DNA of 32,931 nucleotides from Thraustochytrium aureum (Eukaryota), in the NCBI GenBank assembly GCA_012862495.1, contig BLSG01000423.1, positions 48,088 to 81,018 on the forward strand, written 5' to 3'. Below, piece after piece: positions 20,664-31,931 of the stretch (positions are counted from its first letter, which is position 1; every line of letters starts with the position of its first letter). The position numbers and the translations under genes are program-made. The notes under the pieces were generated by a model. That model searched no databases, had not been told where the DNA came from, and was given only the letters and a program-made list of their open reading frames with translations.

Positions 20664-21108
20664 TCAGGTGTTCCATGACAGCGTCCACCTTGGCGTGGAG
20701 TTCGAGCAGAGACTGCTGCGTCGACTCGGCCAGGCGCATTTTCGCGCGGTCCCCGCGAAACTTTTGCCTGTGCTTGAGCTTTTCGACGATTGAGTTGACG
20801 TACGCCGAGTCGCAGCCCGCGCCCGTGCACTGGACTTCGCCTTCAGACATCAGCGAACCGGCGGAAAACCCCGCAAAGCAGCAAGTCTGGGTGGAGTCGA
20901 CCGTGCCGAGCTCGCCATACGGTCCGCGCTTCTTCACGTTGCAGATCCCGCCGCACACCGTTTTCTTCCACTCGACTTCCTCCTCGCCGAGCACGAGCTT
21001 GGCGCTTCCACAAAACAGCACATCGCAGCAGCAGGAGACGTTGTACTCTTCGTGCTCGAACCGGACCGAGTCCGGGTCGACGATGGCGTCAGGAGCTGGC
21101 GCGGGCAT
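20626..21108 (-). CDS. Hypothetical Cys-rich protein (160 aa) with C-terminal coiled coil
   Basis: ATG 21108 with coding-like codon usage. Contains YNVSCCCDVLFCG, CGGIC, PYGELGTV..TCCF, GAGCD, then a helical ..RGDRAKMRLAE..LHAKVDAVMEHL. Confidence 0.75.
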   Translation of the reverse strand: MPAPAPDAIVDPDSVRFEHEEYNVSCCCDVLFCGSAKLVLGEEEVEWKKTVCGGICNVKKRGPYGELGTVDSTQTCCFAGFSAGSLMSEGEVQCTGAGCDSAYVNSIVEKLKHRQKFRGDRAKMRLAESTQQSLLELHAKVDAVMEHLKIKAPELTKMDR

Positions 21109-21242
21109 GGTGCTGCTCTGCGCTTGTGCTGCGAGTGCAAGCGGTTGTCTGGCGGGTCGCTGGAGTTCGTGCGGTTGTAACGCGACTGCTCTCGATCCGA
21201 GCTGGTCTGGTCTTCGAAGACTACAATGGGCCACTGGCAGTC

Positions 21243-21243
<1 letters not shown>

Positions 21244-21289
<46 letters not shown>
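21244..21289. repeat. (CTG/CAG)15 microsatellite
   Basis: 15 perfect tgc units upstream of the Cys-rich gene. Confidence 0.95.
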
Positions 21290-21290
<1 letters not shown>

Positions 21291-21530
21291 GGACAAAACT
21301 GACATCGTGCTGGGCGTTGGACTCATCATCGGTCCGACACGCATGATCTTGAGAAAGGCAACGGGCGCGTGCGTTTGTTGTGCTGCAAGGTGCTGCAAGC
21401 TGCAAGGGCGGGGTGTGTAAGGTAGCTGAATTCTGTTCTGCAAGTTGAGATTGAGAGAGGGAAAACGAGTTCAAGTCTCGAAGACTCGTGCGAGTGGAGA
21501 GGTGGACGCTGGTGCGCTTCGGGAATCGGG

Positions 21531-21570
21531 AGCAAAAGGAAGCAAAGGGAAGCAAAAGAAAGCAAAAGGA
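21531..21570 (-). terminator. Four tandem 10-nt units (minus strand ~TCCTTTTGCT) giving repeated T4 Pol III terminators behind tRNA-Arg
   Basis: agcaaaagga agcaaaggga agcaaaagaa agcaaaagga lies immediately 3' of the tRNA. Confidence 0.6.
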
Positions 21571-21572
21571 GA

Positions 21573-21645
21573 TGTGCCTACTAGGATTTGAACCCAGGAC
21601 CCCCCGCGTCGGAAACGGATGCGCTATCCACTGCGCCATAGGCAC
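21573..21645 (-). tRNA. tRNA-Arg(CCG)
   Basis: GTGCCTA TG GCGC AGTGGATA GCGC A TCCGT TT CCG AC GCGGG GGGTC CTGGG TTCAAAT CCTAG TAGGCAC A. 73-nt cloverleaf with A and B boxes. Confidence 0.92.
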
Positions 21646-21987
21646 TCAGATTCCAAGCGATCTCACACCGCTTGGTTGAGGAGAGAGAACATCATGAAAC
21701 TCATGCAATTTCATGACGTCCATCTCTTGGATTGACCGTTTCGAGACTTTCGATCCCGGTCGCGCCTCCCGTGGGACCAAGCAACGCACCGACCGTATGG
21801 ACGAGACCAACAAGTGCAGGGCAAGTCCAAGTCGCGTGAGAAATTTGGTTTTCATTTCAGTTTGATGGAGGCCGCTCGCAAAAAAATTACACAAGGCTAA
21901 ACCTCGGCCGACTCTGCGACAGCAACCCCTTCGCCCGCTTCCGAACTCGGTCAATCGACTCTACACCGCGCGCGAACAAGCCCACGC

Positions 21988-23469
21988 TCACTTGAACTGC
22001 GAGATGTCCTCATTCGCTCCTGTCTGAAACGACGACCACTTGGAGGTGATCTTGCGCAGCGTGGTGAAAAACCGCATAGCGCCCTCGCCAGTGATGTCGT
22101 GCTCGCCATACTTGGACAAGGTGTCGTACATGCCGCCGAAGGAGAAGGGCTCGCGCGGCACGGGGATGCCAATGTTGACCCCGATCATCCCTGCGCGAAA
22201 GCGCGAAGTGAACCAGCTCGCAGCCCCGCCCGAGCTCGTGTAGATGCACGCCGCGTTGCCGTACGGATTGGCGTTCTCGATCTCGACGGCCTCCTCGCGC
22301 GAGGCGACCTGGAGAATCGAGAGCACGGGGCCAAAGATCTCCTCGTGCAGCGCGCGGTCCGCCGGGTTGGTGTGCAGGATCACGGTTGGGCCCACCCAGT
22401 AGCCCTCCGAGTGCGCGCTCGCCCACGGCCTGCCGTCGAGAAGCACCTTGGCGCCGCCCGCCTCGGCCTCGTCGATGTAGCTGATGATGCGCCGCTGCGC
22501 CTCGGCGTCGATCACGGGGCCCATCTGGCCAGGGGCCTGGCCCGCCTCGAGTGCGCCAGCCGCCTTGACGATCTTGTCGACGAGGTCGGGCTGCGGGCCG
22601 ACGGTGAGGAGCACCGAGGCGGCCATGCAACGCTGGCCGGCGCAACCCGCAAAGGACGAGGTGATGTCGGCCGCGGCCATGGACGCGTCGCAGTCCGGGA
22701 GGGCGACGAGGTGGTTCTTGGCGCCGCCAAGGGCAAGGACCTTCTTGCCGAGCGAGTGGCACCGCTTGTAAACAATCTCGGCCACCTTGCTGGACCCCAC
22801 AAAGCTGACCGCCCTGATGTCGGGATGGTCGCTGATGCTCTGCACCACCTCCACGGTGCCCTGGACCAGCTGGAACACGCCGTCAGGGACTCCGGCCTGC
22901 TTGAACAGCTCCGCCACGCGCGTCATGGTCATCGGGCACTTTTCGCTCGGCTTGAGGATGACGCAGTTGCCCATCGTGAGGGCGATCGGCACGGTCCACA
23001 TCGGGACCATGATGGGAAAGTTGAACGGCACGATGCAGCCGACAATGCCGACGGGGTCCATCTGGTCTTCGCACATGACGCCCCGGCTGACTTGGAGGAT
23101 CTTGCCCTGGGCGAGCTGCGGCAGGCTGCACGACCACTCGACCGTCTCGTTGCCCTTGGCGACCGAGGCAAAGCTCTCGGCCATCGTCTTGCCGTTCTCA
23201 AGCGTGGCCAGCTTGGCGAGCTCCTCTGCGTTTTCCTGGATCAGGTGGTGCAGCTTGAACATGCAGGCCGCGCGCGACTTGATCGTCAAGCCCTTCCACC
23301 CGGGCAGCGCCGCCTTTGCGCGCTGCACCGCCGCGTCCACGTCGGCCCTGTTCGACACGGCCACGCGAGCGCAGACCTTGCCGTTGTGCGGGGATTCCAC
23401 GTCGAGGTACTCGCCCGAAAGCGGCGCGGTGAACTCGCCGCCGACATAGTTATCGCACGTCACCACCAT
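21988..23469 (-). CDS. mmsA: Methylmalonate/malonate-semialdehyde dehydrogenase (CoA-acylating), ALDH6 family
   Basis: IVPFNFPIMVPMW, LKPSEK, SFVGSSKVA, LGGAKNH, catalytic GCAGQRCMA, EEIFGPVL, NPYGNAACIYT, GMIGVNIGIPVPREPFSFGG. Confidence 0.95.
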   Translation of the reverse strand: MVVTCDNYVGGEFTAPLSGEYLDVESPHNGKVCARVAVSNRADVDAAVQRAKAALPGWKGLTIKSRAACMFKLHHLIQENAEELAKLATLENGKTMAESFASVAKGNETVEWSCSLPQLAQGKILQVSRGVMCEDQMDPVGIVGCIVPFNFPIMVPMWTVPIALTMGNCVILKPSEKCPMTMTRVAELFKQAGVPDGVFQLVQGTVEVVQSISDHPDIRAVSFVGSSKVAEIVYKRCHSLGKKVLALGGAKNHLVALPDCDASMAAADITSSFAGCAGQRCMAASVLLTVGPQPDLVDKIVKAAGALEAGQAPGQMGPVIDAEAQRRIISYIDEAEAGGAKVLLDGRPWASAHSEGYWVGPTVILHTNPADRALHEEIFGPVLSILQVASREEAVEIENANPYGNAACIYTSSGGAASWFTSRFRAGMIGVNIGIPVPREPFSFGGMYDTLSKYGEHDITGEGAMRFFTTLRKITSKWSSFQTGANEDISQFK

Positions 23470-24490
23470 CTTGTCTGCCTTCCTGCCTTTCTTCCTTTCC
23501 AGCCGGCCTGCAAACCGCGCGAGCTCGTCGTCCTGCTGGGTGCCGCGTTGCTTTCACGTTGCGCTTCGAGTCGTCGATTGAGGTCTGCACGACACAATGT
23601 CCTGTCCTCTCAGCCGGCCTGCACTTCCCCGTTCATCGCTCGCCAGTGTGGGGAGTTCAACGCCCTCTCGGAGCGCCGGCAGCCTCAGGCCAGCCCGGCA
23701 CGGGGAAACCTGCGCGCTGCGACGCAAATCGAGCGGCGCTCTCCCACCAAGCGCGAAACTGCGCCAGAGCGGACGACAACTTGGACGCCAGAGCGCCTCC
23801 GAGGGACCTGTCAACGCAGGAGAGCGAGCAGCTCGCCCCTCACGAGTCGGCCGAGATAGGACCCAACCAGCAAACGATAGGACGACCGTGGCGGCGGTGA
23901 CAGTGTCGGGCGCCCGCGGCCTCGGCGGACGCCTGGGGCTGCCGTGAAAGCGCCACGTTACAATCACGGCGTCGGGATTCTCGCGCATGATGTGATGCGT
24001 GCGGAGCGGCCTCGCAGCGGGGGCTTCGAGTTGGTGAACATCTTCACGAGGCACCCTGCGCAGGCGAAAGACGGCTTGCCCGCAGAGGCTACTCGGAATT
24101 CCTGCCGAGCTCCTTGCTTATCTACCTACTAACATAAAATGGCCGGGGAGGAGCCTCCTTGGCAGCGGCTCTGTTCGTGCACAGCACGCGGCACCAAGGC
24201 GGCACGCTCAACGCGCTGCACTGCACGCACGTACACTTCACGGCACAAGTACACTTCACGGCATGTTCTCAAGGAAAATGCAGCAAAAAACATGACCGCA
24301 GCGCGGGCTCTACAGACTAGTACGAGTACCTTCCTCTACCTTCGCCACCAGCCAACACGATTCGGATTCAGACCCGCCTTGGGTAAGGTAGAGTAGAGCG
24401 AGCGCAGGGGGAGGTGGTGGACCCACGTCGACGCGCTTGGCCATGCTCTCTCCAACAAAAGAGCGAGCGCCAACACCGATCGAGAGAGGG

Positions 24491-27029
24491 CTATGCACCC
24501 ATGTTGACCTGGTAGCGAAGGAATGCGAGCTGGATGACTCGCGCAGCGCAGTGCTCGTCCGCGAGCGCCACACCGTCGATCGCCGGCAAACGCAGGCCAC
24601 CGCTGCTCGTGGAGCCAGCGTCCTCGGCTTCGTAGTCCTCCTCATAGTCCTCCTCCTCCTCGTAGTCGTCTTCATAGTCGTCGCCGTCGGCCTCCTCGGC
24701 CGCCTCGGCCTCCTCAGCCTCCACCGCAGCTGCTTCCGCCGGCCCGCTGCACCGGCTGCTGCAGGGCGAAGCGACTCTGTCGCGGCCGACGTCGCTGGTT
24801 TCCTCACTCCTGGGAGCTGCCCCAGCGCTCGGCTTGGCGCCGTCGCGGGCCTGGTTGCCCCTCTTCTCGGGCTTGGCGACGTCGCCGTCCTCGAGCAAGA
24901 AGCGGTACTCGCTGGCGTCCACCTCTGAGGGCTTGCTGCGCAGCTGCGCTCTTTTCCACTCTAGCGCTCGCGAGAGTGGGTCGGCGCTCATCATGTCGCC
25001 GGCAGTTGCGGCGCCCAAACCCTTGAGCTTGGGCAAGAGCACGTCTTCAGTCCGCGAGAGGATCTCATCGAAGGAGGCCCTGGACTCGCGCACCGCGCGG
25101 CCCGGGCGCGCTTGCTTGGGGACGGCCTTGCCGTGCTTCGTCTGGCGCGCCCCGCGCTCGTAGACTTTGCGCAGCTTGGCAGCCTGCTTGTGGCGGGGCC
25201 GCGTCGCCGAAGACACCACGGGCTTTGCCGCCGCAGCAGGTTTCCCCTCCGCGCCACCCACGGCTTGCTTTTGCGCCACCCGCCGCGGTCTTGCCTTGTC
25301 GAGCGCTGTTGCTAGGCTTGACCGCGGGTGGCAGCGCTTTGCTCTGGACGTCGACCGGGCGTCGATACCGCACCAGCTGCTTGCGCAGGCGCTCTGCCTT
25401 CTCCTCAAGCGCAAGGCGGCGCGTCTCGGCTGCGTTGCGCTCCTCCGCCTCGCGTTTGCGCTTCTCGCGCTCCTCCCGCCGCTTTTGCCGCCCAAGCCGC
25501 TCTCGTAGCTGCTGGCGGTCTCGCGCGTCCTGCTCGAGGCGCGCCTGGGCGCGGAGGAGCCGCTCCTGCTCCTTGGCAAGGCGCTCCTGCTCGTCGGCCT
25601 TTTGCTGCTCTTCCCGCTGTCGCTGCCGCGGAGGGCGCTCTTGCGGACTCGCTCGAGGCGCTCGCGGTCTCGGGCCTCAAACTCTTGCTGTCGGAGCTCC
25701 GCTGCTGCCCGCTCCTTTTCCTCTTCGGCGTCAGTCTCGGCGAGCATGGCCTTGATGCGGCGCCGATTCTCGCGCAATAGTCGCTTCCGGCGCCTTTCGG
25801 CATCCGGGTCTGGCTCAGGACAGCCTTGCCCGCGCCCATGATGCCGCTGGTTGACGCTTTGCTCGCTTTCCGCGTGGGTAGAAGCACAAGCAGACGCAGC
25901 AGCGGCAGCTGCAGCATCATCCGCATGCGCCGAGGCCTTGGTCTCCGCCTCGAGCTGGGTCCGCTCCAGGGCTTGTCGCCGGCGAGCGAGTGCTTTGGCG
26001 AGCGCCTCTTGCCTCTCATTTTCGACCCGCTCGAGTTTCGCGGCTCGCTCGTCAGCCAGCCGCGCCTCTTCGGCAGCGCGCAGGCGCGCCTCGCGCACTG
26101 CGGCCAGCCGCCGCTCGCGCTTTTGCTCCTCGACGAGGTCGCCGAAGCGCTCTTTGCGTTTGCGCCATGGCAGTAAAGGAATCCCCTGCAGCTCGGCCTG
26201 GCGCCGCTTTGCCTCCTCGCGGACCGCACGCGCGAGGAGGTCCTCGGAGCGCATCAGTTCCCGTTCGACGGCCTCTTGCTCGACGATGCGGGAGGCCTTG
26301 TCCTCCGCCGCCATGGCGAGCCGCTCCGCAGCCTCTGCGCACTGACGGGCGCGCTGGATGCGCGCGCGGCTCACCTTGTCGCAGGCCTGGAACCCGCGAA
26401 CCATGGCTTGGATGCGAACGGCGGCCCGCTGCGCGGCGAGCGTGTTCGCTTGGCGCCGCGCGATTCGGCCGCGAGCGGCGGCCTGCAAAATGATCGCCGC
26501 GCCGCGGACGCGCAGCTTGCGTCGCGCCAGCTCGGCTCGAGCCAGGCGGCCGCGGGTCACGCGCTGCGCGTGCACGGCACACCTTGTCTCGGCGACGATC
26601 CGCGCAAATGCAAAGTCACTCCTGCCCTTCCAGCCGCGAAAGACTCGCTGGACCTCCACGGCGCTGTCCCAGGCGAGCTCGGCAATACACTCGCGCTTCC
26701 ACGCGACGTGCTGGCGCCATGTGGCCTGCACGATCTGCGCAGCATGGTGCTTGGTCTGCATCTCCAAGGCGCGCTGGCTTCCGGTTCATCTTGCGGAGCT
26801 TGACTTTGAGCGCGAGCGCGATTGCCTCGCGCTCCTCGCGCTCCTTCTGCCGCAGTTTTTCTTGGGCCTCTCGAGCGCGGCGCTCCTCGACGTCTTTCCG
26901 CAGCTGGTCTATTTCGCGCGACCGCGTTGCGCCGGTCAACGAGGTGTCCCTGTACATGCCAAACTTGTGGTACTTTGCGCTAAACCTTCCGCCCTCCACG
27001 CGCGCATCGTCCGCGCCGAGCGCCTCCAT
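24491..27029 (-). CDS. IQ-motif (calmodulin-binding) coiled-coil protein; frameshifts at ~26782, ~25640 and ~25310
   Basis: IQ-like motifs AQIVQATWR, AVEVQRVFRGWKGR, AVHAQRVTRGRLAR, AIILQAAARGRIAR, AVRIQAMVRGFQA and C-terminal ARVIQLAFLRY. The E/R/K-rich helix continues in an alternate frame (REEQQKADEQERLAKEQERLL..EEKAERLRKQL). The N-terminus comes from ATG 27029 in ORF 26616-27101. Confidence 0.75.
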
Positions 27030-27820
27030 CGCGCCAGCGCAGCCCTCGGTGCCGGCAGCTCGCGGTGGCGCCGGCCGCGGCCCGGCAAAACGCAAACACA
27101 CAGGCTCGGGCGAGAGTCAAGGTCGAGGCGTTGGTCGTCCAGGCCAGCCAGCCTTCGCGTTGGCTCGCGAGGGCGGCCTGCTGCAGCAGCGAGCGAGTAT
27201 CGACGACCGAACGCGCGCGATATCTATCGGTGCGATTCGCTCGAGCCTGACTGCTTGAGCAGCGTGAGCAGCGTGACCTGCTGATGCTGGCCGAGTCCAC
27301 CGACCACTCGCGATGTTTGATTGTCCGCGTCCAAATTGTGGTCGAAACATGTCAAATGTCGGTTGAACTCTCAAAGCGCGACCCTGCTCTGCGATACACG
27401 CGTGGCTCTTCTCCAAGCACACACCGCGTTCCGCACATCACCCACGCGATCAACATTCTGCTTGTCGTGCAGGCGAAGCGAAGCGCCTGGAGCTGCAGAC
27501 AACTCTACTCTGCATGCAGCAGGAGGCCTACTCGCGATGCGCACGCGCATTCTGGCCACGTTGATGAGCAAGTACTTGCCTATGCACTTGCGCTGCACCT
27601 GTGGTTGGCGCTCTGGGCGCTCACGAACGCCGAGCCGCGCCAAACCGTCTCGCAGCGCGTACTATACTCTTCACGAATCAGACGGCGGTCGGCGCCAACT
27701 CGAACGCCGTCAACGCTCTGCTTCGTACTCGACGGCCGATCGGTCTGCCCTGTTGGCGAACGCGCTGCGGGCCGCGCATCGCGCTCGCCCGGTGAGGTTT
27801 GTAGTCTGAGCGCGAACTGT

Positions 27821-28020
27821 GTCGCTCAGGCGCCGACGTTGCTGCTGCAGGTGGAGCTGCTGCTGCTGCTGCTGCTGAGGTGGCTGTGCGGCGCTGCCTG
27901 CGGCTTNNNNNNNNNNNNNNNNNNNNNNNNNNNNNNNNNNNNNNNNNNNNNNNNNNNNNNNNNNNNNNNNNNNNNNNNNNNNNNNNNNNNNNNNNNNNNN
28001 CTGCGTCGCTCAGGCGCGAC

Positions 28021-28057
<37 letters not shown>

Positions 28058-28086
28058 AGGTGGCTGTGCGGCGCTGCCTGCGGCTT
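27821..28086. repeat. Duplicated ~85-nt segment containing a (CTG)n tract on both sides of gap 27907-28000 (probable allelic contig overlap)
   Basis: gtcgctcaggcg..gacgttgctgctg..gaggtggctgtgcggcgctgcctgcggctt occurs at 27821-27906 and 28005-28086, differing mainly inside the CTG tract. Confidence 0.85.
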
Positions 28087-28098
28087 GGGCAATCATCG

Positions 28099-28619
28099 AT
28101 GGCCGATGGGACGCGCGCAGATGGCGCGCCAGTCGACGGGCTGCAGAGGCTGCAGCAGCAGCAGAGGCAACAGCAAGGTATTGAAGGGGTTGTTGGAAAC
28201 GGGCTGGAAAGTTGGCACGACAACGCAGGGTTGTTGTCGGCCACGGTCGAAGCGGCTGTGGGGCAGTGGGAATCAGGTCGCACGAGAGAGTTTGCGGCCA
28301 AGTGCGTCGAGTTGGACATCCGGGAACGCGCGGTGCAGGCGCGAGAAGTGCGCGCGACGCGGCGGAAAAGGAGGTCCAGGCCGCAGCAAAGCAAGTCGCT
28401 GAGCGGGAGCGGGCACTAGAGGGCCGGGAGGCGGAGGCGGATGCCAAGGCCCTGCAGCTCGACGACACAAAGCGCAAGCTGGAACTGCTCCAAGAGCAGC
28501 TCCAAGAGCAGCAGGTGCGCCTGGATGCCGCGCAGCGCCGCATCAAGGACGACATCCGCCTGCTTGAAGACCAGCGTGCTGTGCTTCTCGGGCGTGGCTT
28601 GGGCGGCGCGAGTGGCTGA
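28099..28619 (+). CDS. Hypothetical coiled-coil protein (may start further upstream); frameshift at ~28348
   Basis: MADGTRADG..CVELDIRERAVQARE joins SARDAAEKEVQAAAKQVAERERALEGRE..LELLQEQLQEQQVRLD if gaagtg is really gaaagtg. Confidence 0.5.
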
Positions 28620-28888
28620 GACGAGAACAACGCTCAATCCCGTCCAGCGGTCGGCTGTTGCGCGCCACTGCGCGCTCCACGACCTGCAGTTCCATTCTTA
28701 GCTAAACGTTTCCGAGAAGACTAGCTAGTTTTTTTGCGACGACCTCACGGAGCGTGCCTCGTCGATGCAAAGGTTAAGTACGTACTCTTTATAATTCCAA
28801 GGTTGTGCTGCCGCAGATGTGGCCCAGGTCATGTGGCTGGGCGAGAGCGAGCGTTGGCTCACCGACTCGCTCCGCCCTGCTCAGGGCG

Positions 28889-31529
28889 TCAGGCCTTCTT
28901 CTTGGCTTTAGCGTCTTTCTTCTTCTTTTCTTCTTCTTGTCGGTGGGTTTGGCGTCCGCACCCTTCTTCGCCCCAGCCGCCTTCTTGCCCTTGGCTTTGC
29001 CCTTGGCTTTTTCTTGTCCTTTTCCTCCTTGGCCTTCTTGTTCTTTTTCTGCATGCCCTTAAACTTGCGGCGCATGCGCTTGAGCGCGTACCGCTCAAGC
29101 GCGGCCTTCTTCTTGCGACGCCGCACCTCAAGGAAGGCCGCGAGGGCCAAGAGCGCAAAAGCGAGAAGGATGCCGAGAATGAGCGCCAGGGGAATCTTGG
29201 GCACATAGGTCCATGTGTGGCGGTTTCGCCCCTCCTGAAGGCGGTTGTCCACGTTGCCAGCAGGGTCGATCGCGCGCGCCGTGAGTCTGTAGCGGCCGCC
29301 TGGGAGCCAGGACAGGAGGTCAAGCGACCTGCCCGTGGTGAGGGTCCACTCGAGCAGCGTTTCGAGGATCGCGTCCGTGTCCTCGTCCACGATCTCGATC
29401 ATGTATTCGAAGAGGCAGCCGTCTTCGTCGCAGTCAAGCTCAAAAAGCGTGTCCGAGGTGCCGTCTCCCGGCTTGAAAGGAATCAGCGTGACCGGCACCG
29501 TGTCATCGCGGTACCAAGTGTCGCCCTCCTCCTCGAGCACAAGGTTTTCGGCACGGTTGAGAACCCAACCGCCCACGACATACTGTTTGCCGAGAAAGTT
29601 AACAGCAGCAATGTTGGTTCGCTCGCTAAACCCCCAGCGACAGGTCAAGTCCGGGACAAAGCCGCGCGCGGCATCTGCAGCGAGCGCGGGGATCGTGTCG
29701 AGGTGCGCGAACCGCTCCTCCGCAAGTTCGGCTTGCTGGCACCCGTCTGCGCCGTAGATCATGTCGCCCTCCGCTTCGGCGGGCGCAGTCTGCGCAGCGT
29801 TTGCGTCTTCGGGCCCTGCTGTGGGAATGGGCAGGGCCGCCAAGTCCGCGACGGACGAGGCGCCAGTTGCGGCTGCAGAAGCGGCCTGCGCGACCGGGTC
29901 GAGGATGGCGTTGAGGGTGTTTACTGCCGCGCCGCGCAAGTGCGGAAACGGATGGGTCATGGGCGCGGTGACGCTCACGTAGTGCGACGAGTTGGCGAAT
30001 CCGTCAGGCACGACGTGCGGCACCTGGCACTTGTTTAACACTGCGATGGCCCTCTTGACGTAGACGCAAACGAGCGTCACATTGTGGTTGGCGCGCAGGT
30101 CGACGACGGCGCTGGCCCCCAGCTTGGCGAGGGCTTCGACCGTGGTTACGCCGTACTCGCGGAGCGCGGCCGCCTCGGCCGCGGAGATGCCGCCCTGAAT
30201 GTGGTCGACTGGAGCACCTGGCCAGACGTAGACGGCGCTAGGGATGTTGTTCGCGTCGTTTTCAACGCGCACCCAGCCCTCGCCGCCCTCGACGTACTTG
30301 TAGACCACATCTGCGCTTTCAATGTAGACGAACTTTTCGTTGAAGGGCTCCGCGGAGATCCCGAGCTGCTCGTCGCTGCGAGGGAAGGGCTCGCCCTTGA
30401 GGAAGACGCCCCGCTTCGTGTTGGACCAGGTCTGGCGGCTCTCGCGCGTCTCGAGCGCGTTGACGGGCTCTTGGTGCAGCGAGACGAGCCAGAGCACGCT
30501 GCCCGAGGCGATGAGGCCGTGATCAGAGTACGTGTGGGAGATGCCCTCGAGGTGGTTCCACACCTCGCCGTCGTCGGTCCACCAGAGGTCGTCAGCGACG
30601 CGCTCGTACTTGCCATAGCAAGGGAACGGCCCGCAATCGCGCGTCTTGACGTTGGTAATGCCGCCGCTCAAGTACAGTCTGTCCTCAAACACGGCCACGG
30701 CGTGCCGCTCTCTGGGGCCAAAGATCTGGCACTTGCAGCGGTTAAACGCGCTCGGGCCGTTTTGGCTGGCATGGAGCCCCGTAATACTGTTCATGCACCT
30801 CGAGTCGCCGTAGCAGTCGATGTCGCTCGTACACGTCGAGTGCTCTGCGCCGAGCCCAGGAAACGCTTGAACGTCTTCGAACCGGCAGCCCGCGTTAACG
30901 AGACGCCAAGAGACGCCGTCCGAGCTGCTCCACACGTCATTCTTGAGCTTGACTTCGTTGTCGCGGCCAGAGTCTTCGGTGGCCCGGCCGCCGATCACCC
31001 ACAGCACGTTGGTCGCTGCAGGTGGGCTGAAATAGATTGTTGCGTGGCTGCGTCGCGGGGACCAGCGGCGCAGGTCGCCGCTGAAGGGGTCGTCCTCGGC
31101 AGTGCACGTCGCGGAGCCTTGCCATCTCCGCGAAAAGCACTCGATCCACTCTTCGTAGTTGGAGTCTAGGGGCGGGAGCTTGTCTGGCCAGACGCGCTTC
31201 CACTTGAGCTGCGAGTAGACCTTGGGCTCGCCCGTAAGGGCCTTTTCAAGCACCTTCCAGGACGCGCCCTCGGTGCGCCAGATGTCGTTGTGCAGCATGC
31301 CGCCGCCGTCTACAGACCCGCGAAAGTCGTCGCCGCCAAGCATGAACAGTGTCCCAGACCGTTCGTCAGCGATCAGCCCGTGGCCCCACCGCGCGGTCCA
31401 CGCGTTAAAGTGCGGCTCCACGACAGGCTGCGACCTATTCCCGCTGCTCTGCGCCCAGTTCATTCCTGCGGCCAGCTGGCACGTCGCCGCGAGCACAGCC
31501 GCCGCGAGAAGCGCGTTGGCCGCCATCAT
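28889..31529 (-). CDS. Type I membrane protein: signal peptide, Kelch-like propeller repeats, Cys-rich EGF-like insert, Ig-like domain, TM helix, Lys-rich tail; two frameshifts in A-runs at ~29010 and ~28927
   Basis: N-terminal hydrophobic signal. Kelch-type blades LFMLGG..NDIWRT, SPRRSH..LWVIGG..NDVWSSSDG, GPRERHAVAVFEDRLYLSGG..DDLWWTDDG. Cys-rich CTSDIDCYGDSRC..CKC. YRLTARAIDPAGNVD. TM IPLALILGILLAFALLALAAFL. Corrected tail KAKGKAKGKKAAGAKK..KKKDAKAKKKA* ends at 28889. Confidence 0.85.
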
Positions 31530-31931
31530 TTCGTTGGTGCAAGCGCAAGCCCGCCGAAATGCGCGCAGCGCTTCGCTCTTCCAGCGAGCGCGTTGCTCTT
31601 CCGGCGAGGACGCGCTTCGCGGCGCTTCGCGGCGCTTGTAGCGTTTGTTTGGGGTGGATGCTGGTTGGGTTTTCAGCGGAAGGAGGAGTGCCCAGCGAGC
31701 AAATTTGGCCGTTGACAGTATAGCGGGCCATCTCCCGCAATACCTGACTGCTCGTCATGGTTGGGCTCCGGAGCTTGACGACGTGGATGAAGTCGCTCGC
31801 CTTGTCGCGTGTGGCGCCAGGGGTTGGGCTTGCGCCTTCGCTCTTCTCCGCCTGCTTTTGCACTTTACTTAGTTCTCGCCTGCGCGCGTTTGGCACTCGA
31901 GGCGGGCAGTCGAGTGAGCGCGGCGGCTCCA

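Noticed and set aside
21109..21645. N-terminal extension of ORF 20626-21645 with poly-Ala
   Set aside because: It runs through the tRNA-Arg gene and a CAG microsatellite; ATG 21108 is the plausible start.
22099..23859. 586-aa antisense ORF over the ALDH gene (likewise 19160-20140, 28734-30038, 30084-31169)
   Set aside because: Shadow ORFs expected from high-GC codon bias opposite real genes; no domain features.
843..28000. Long ORFs running through N gaps (e.g. 602-2290, 15316-17043, 15662-17119)
   Set aside because: They are open only because Ns contain no stops. Gaps are at 843-1635, 4245-4685, 6927-7071, 13120-13363, 16026-16955, 18852-18998 and 27907-28000.
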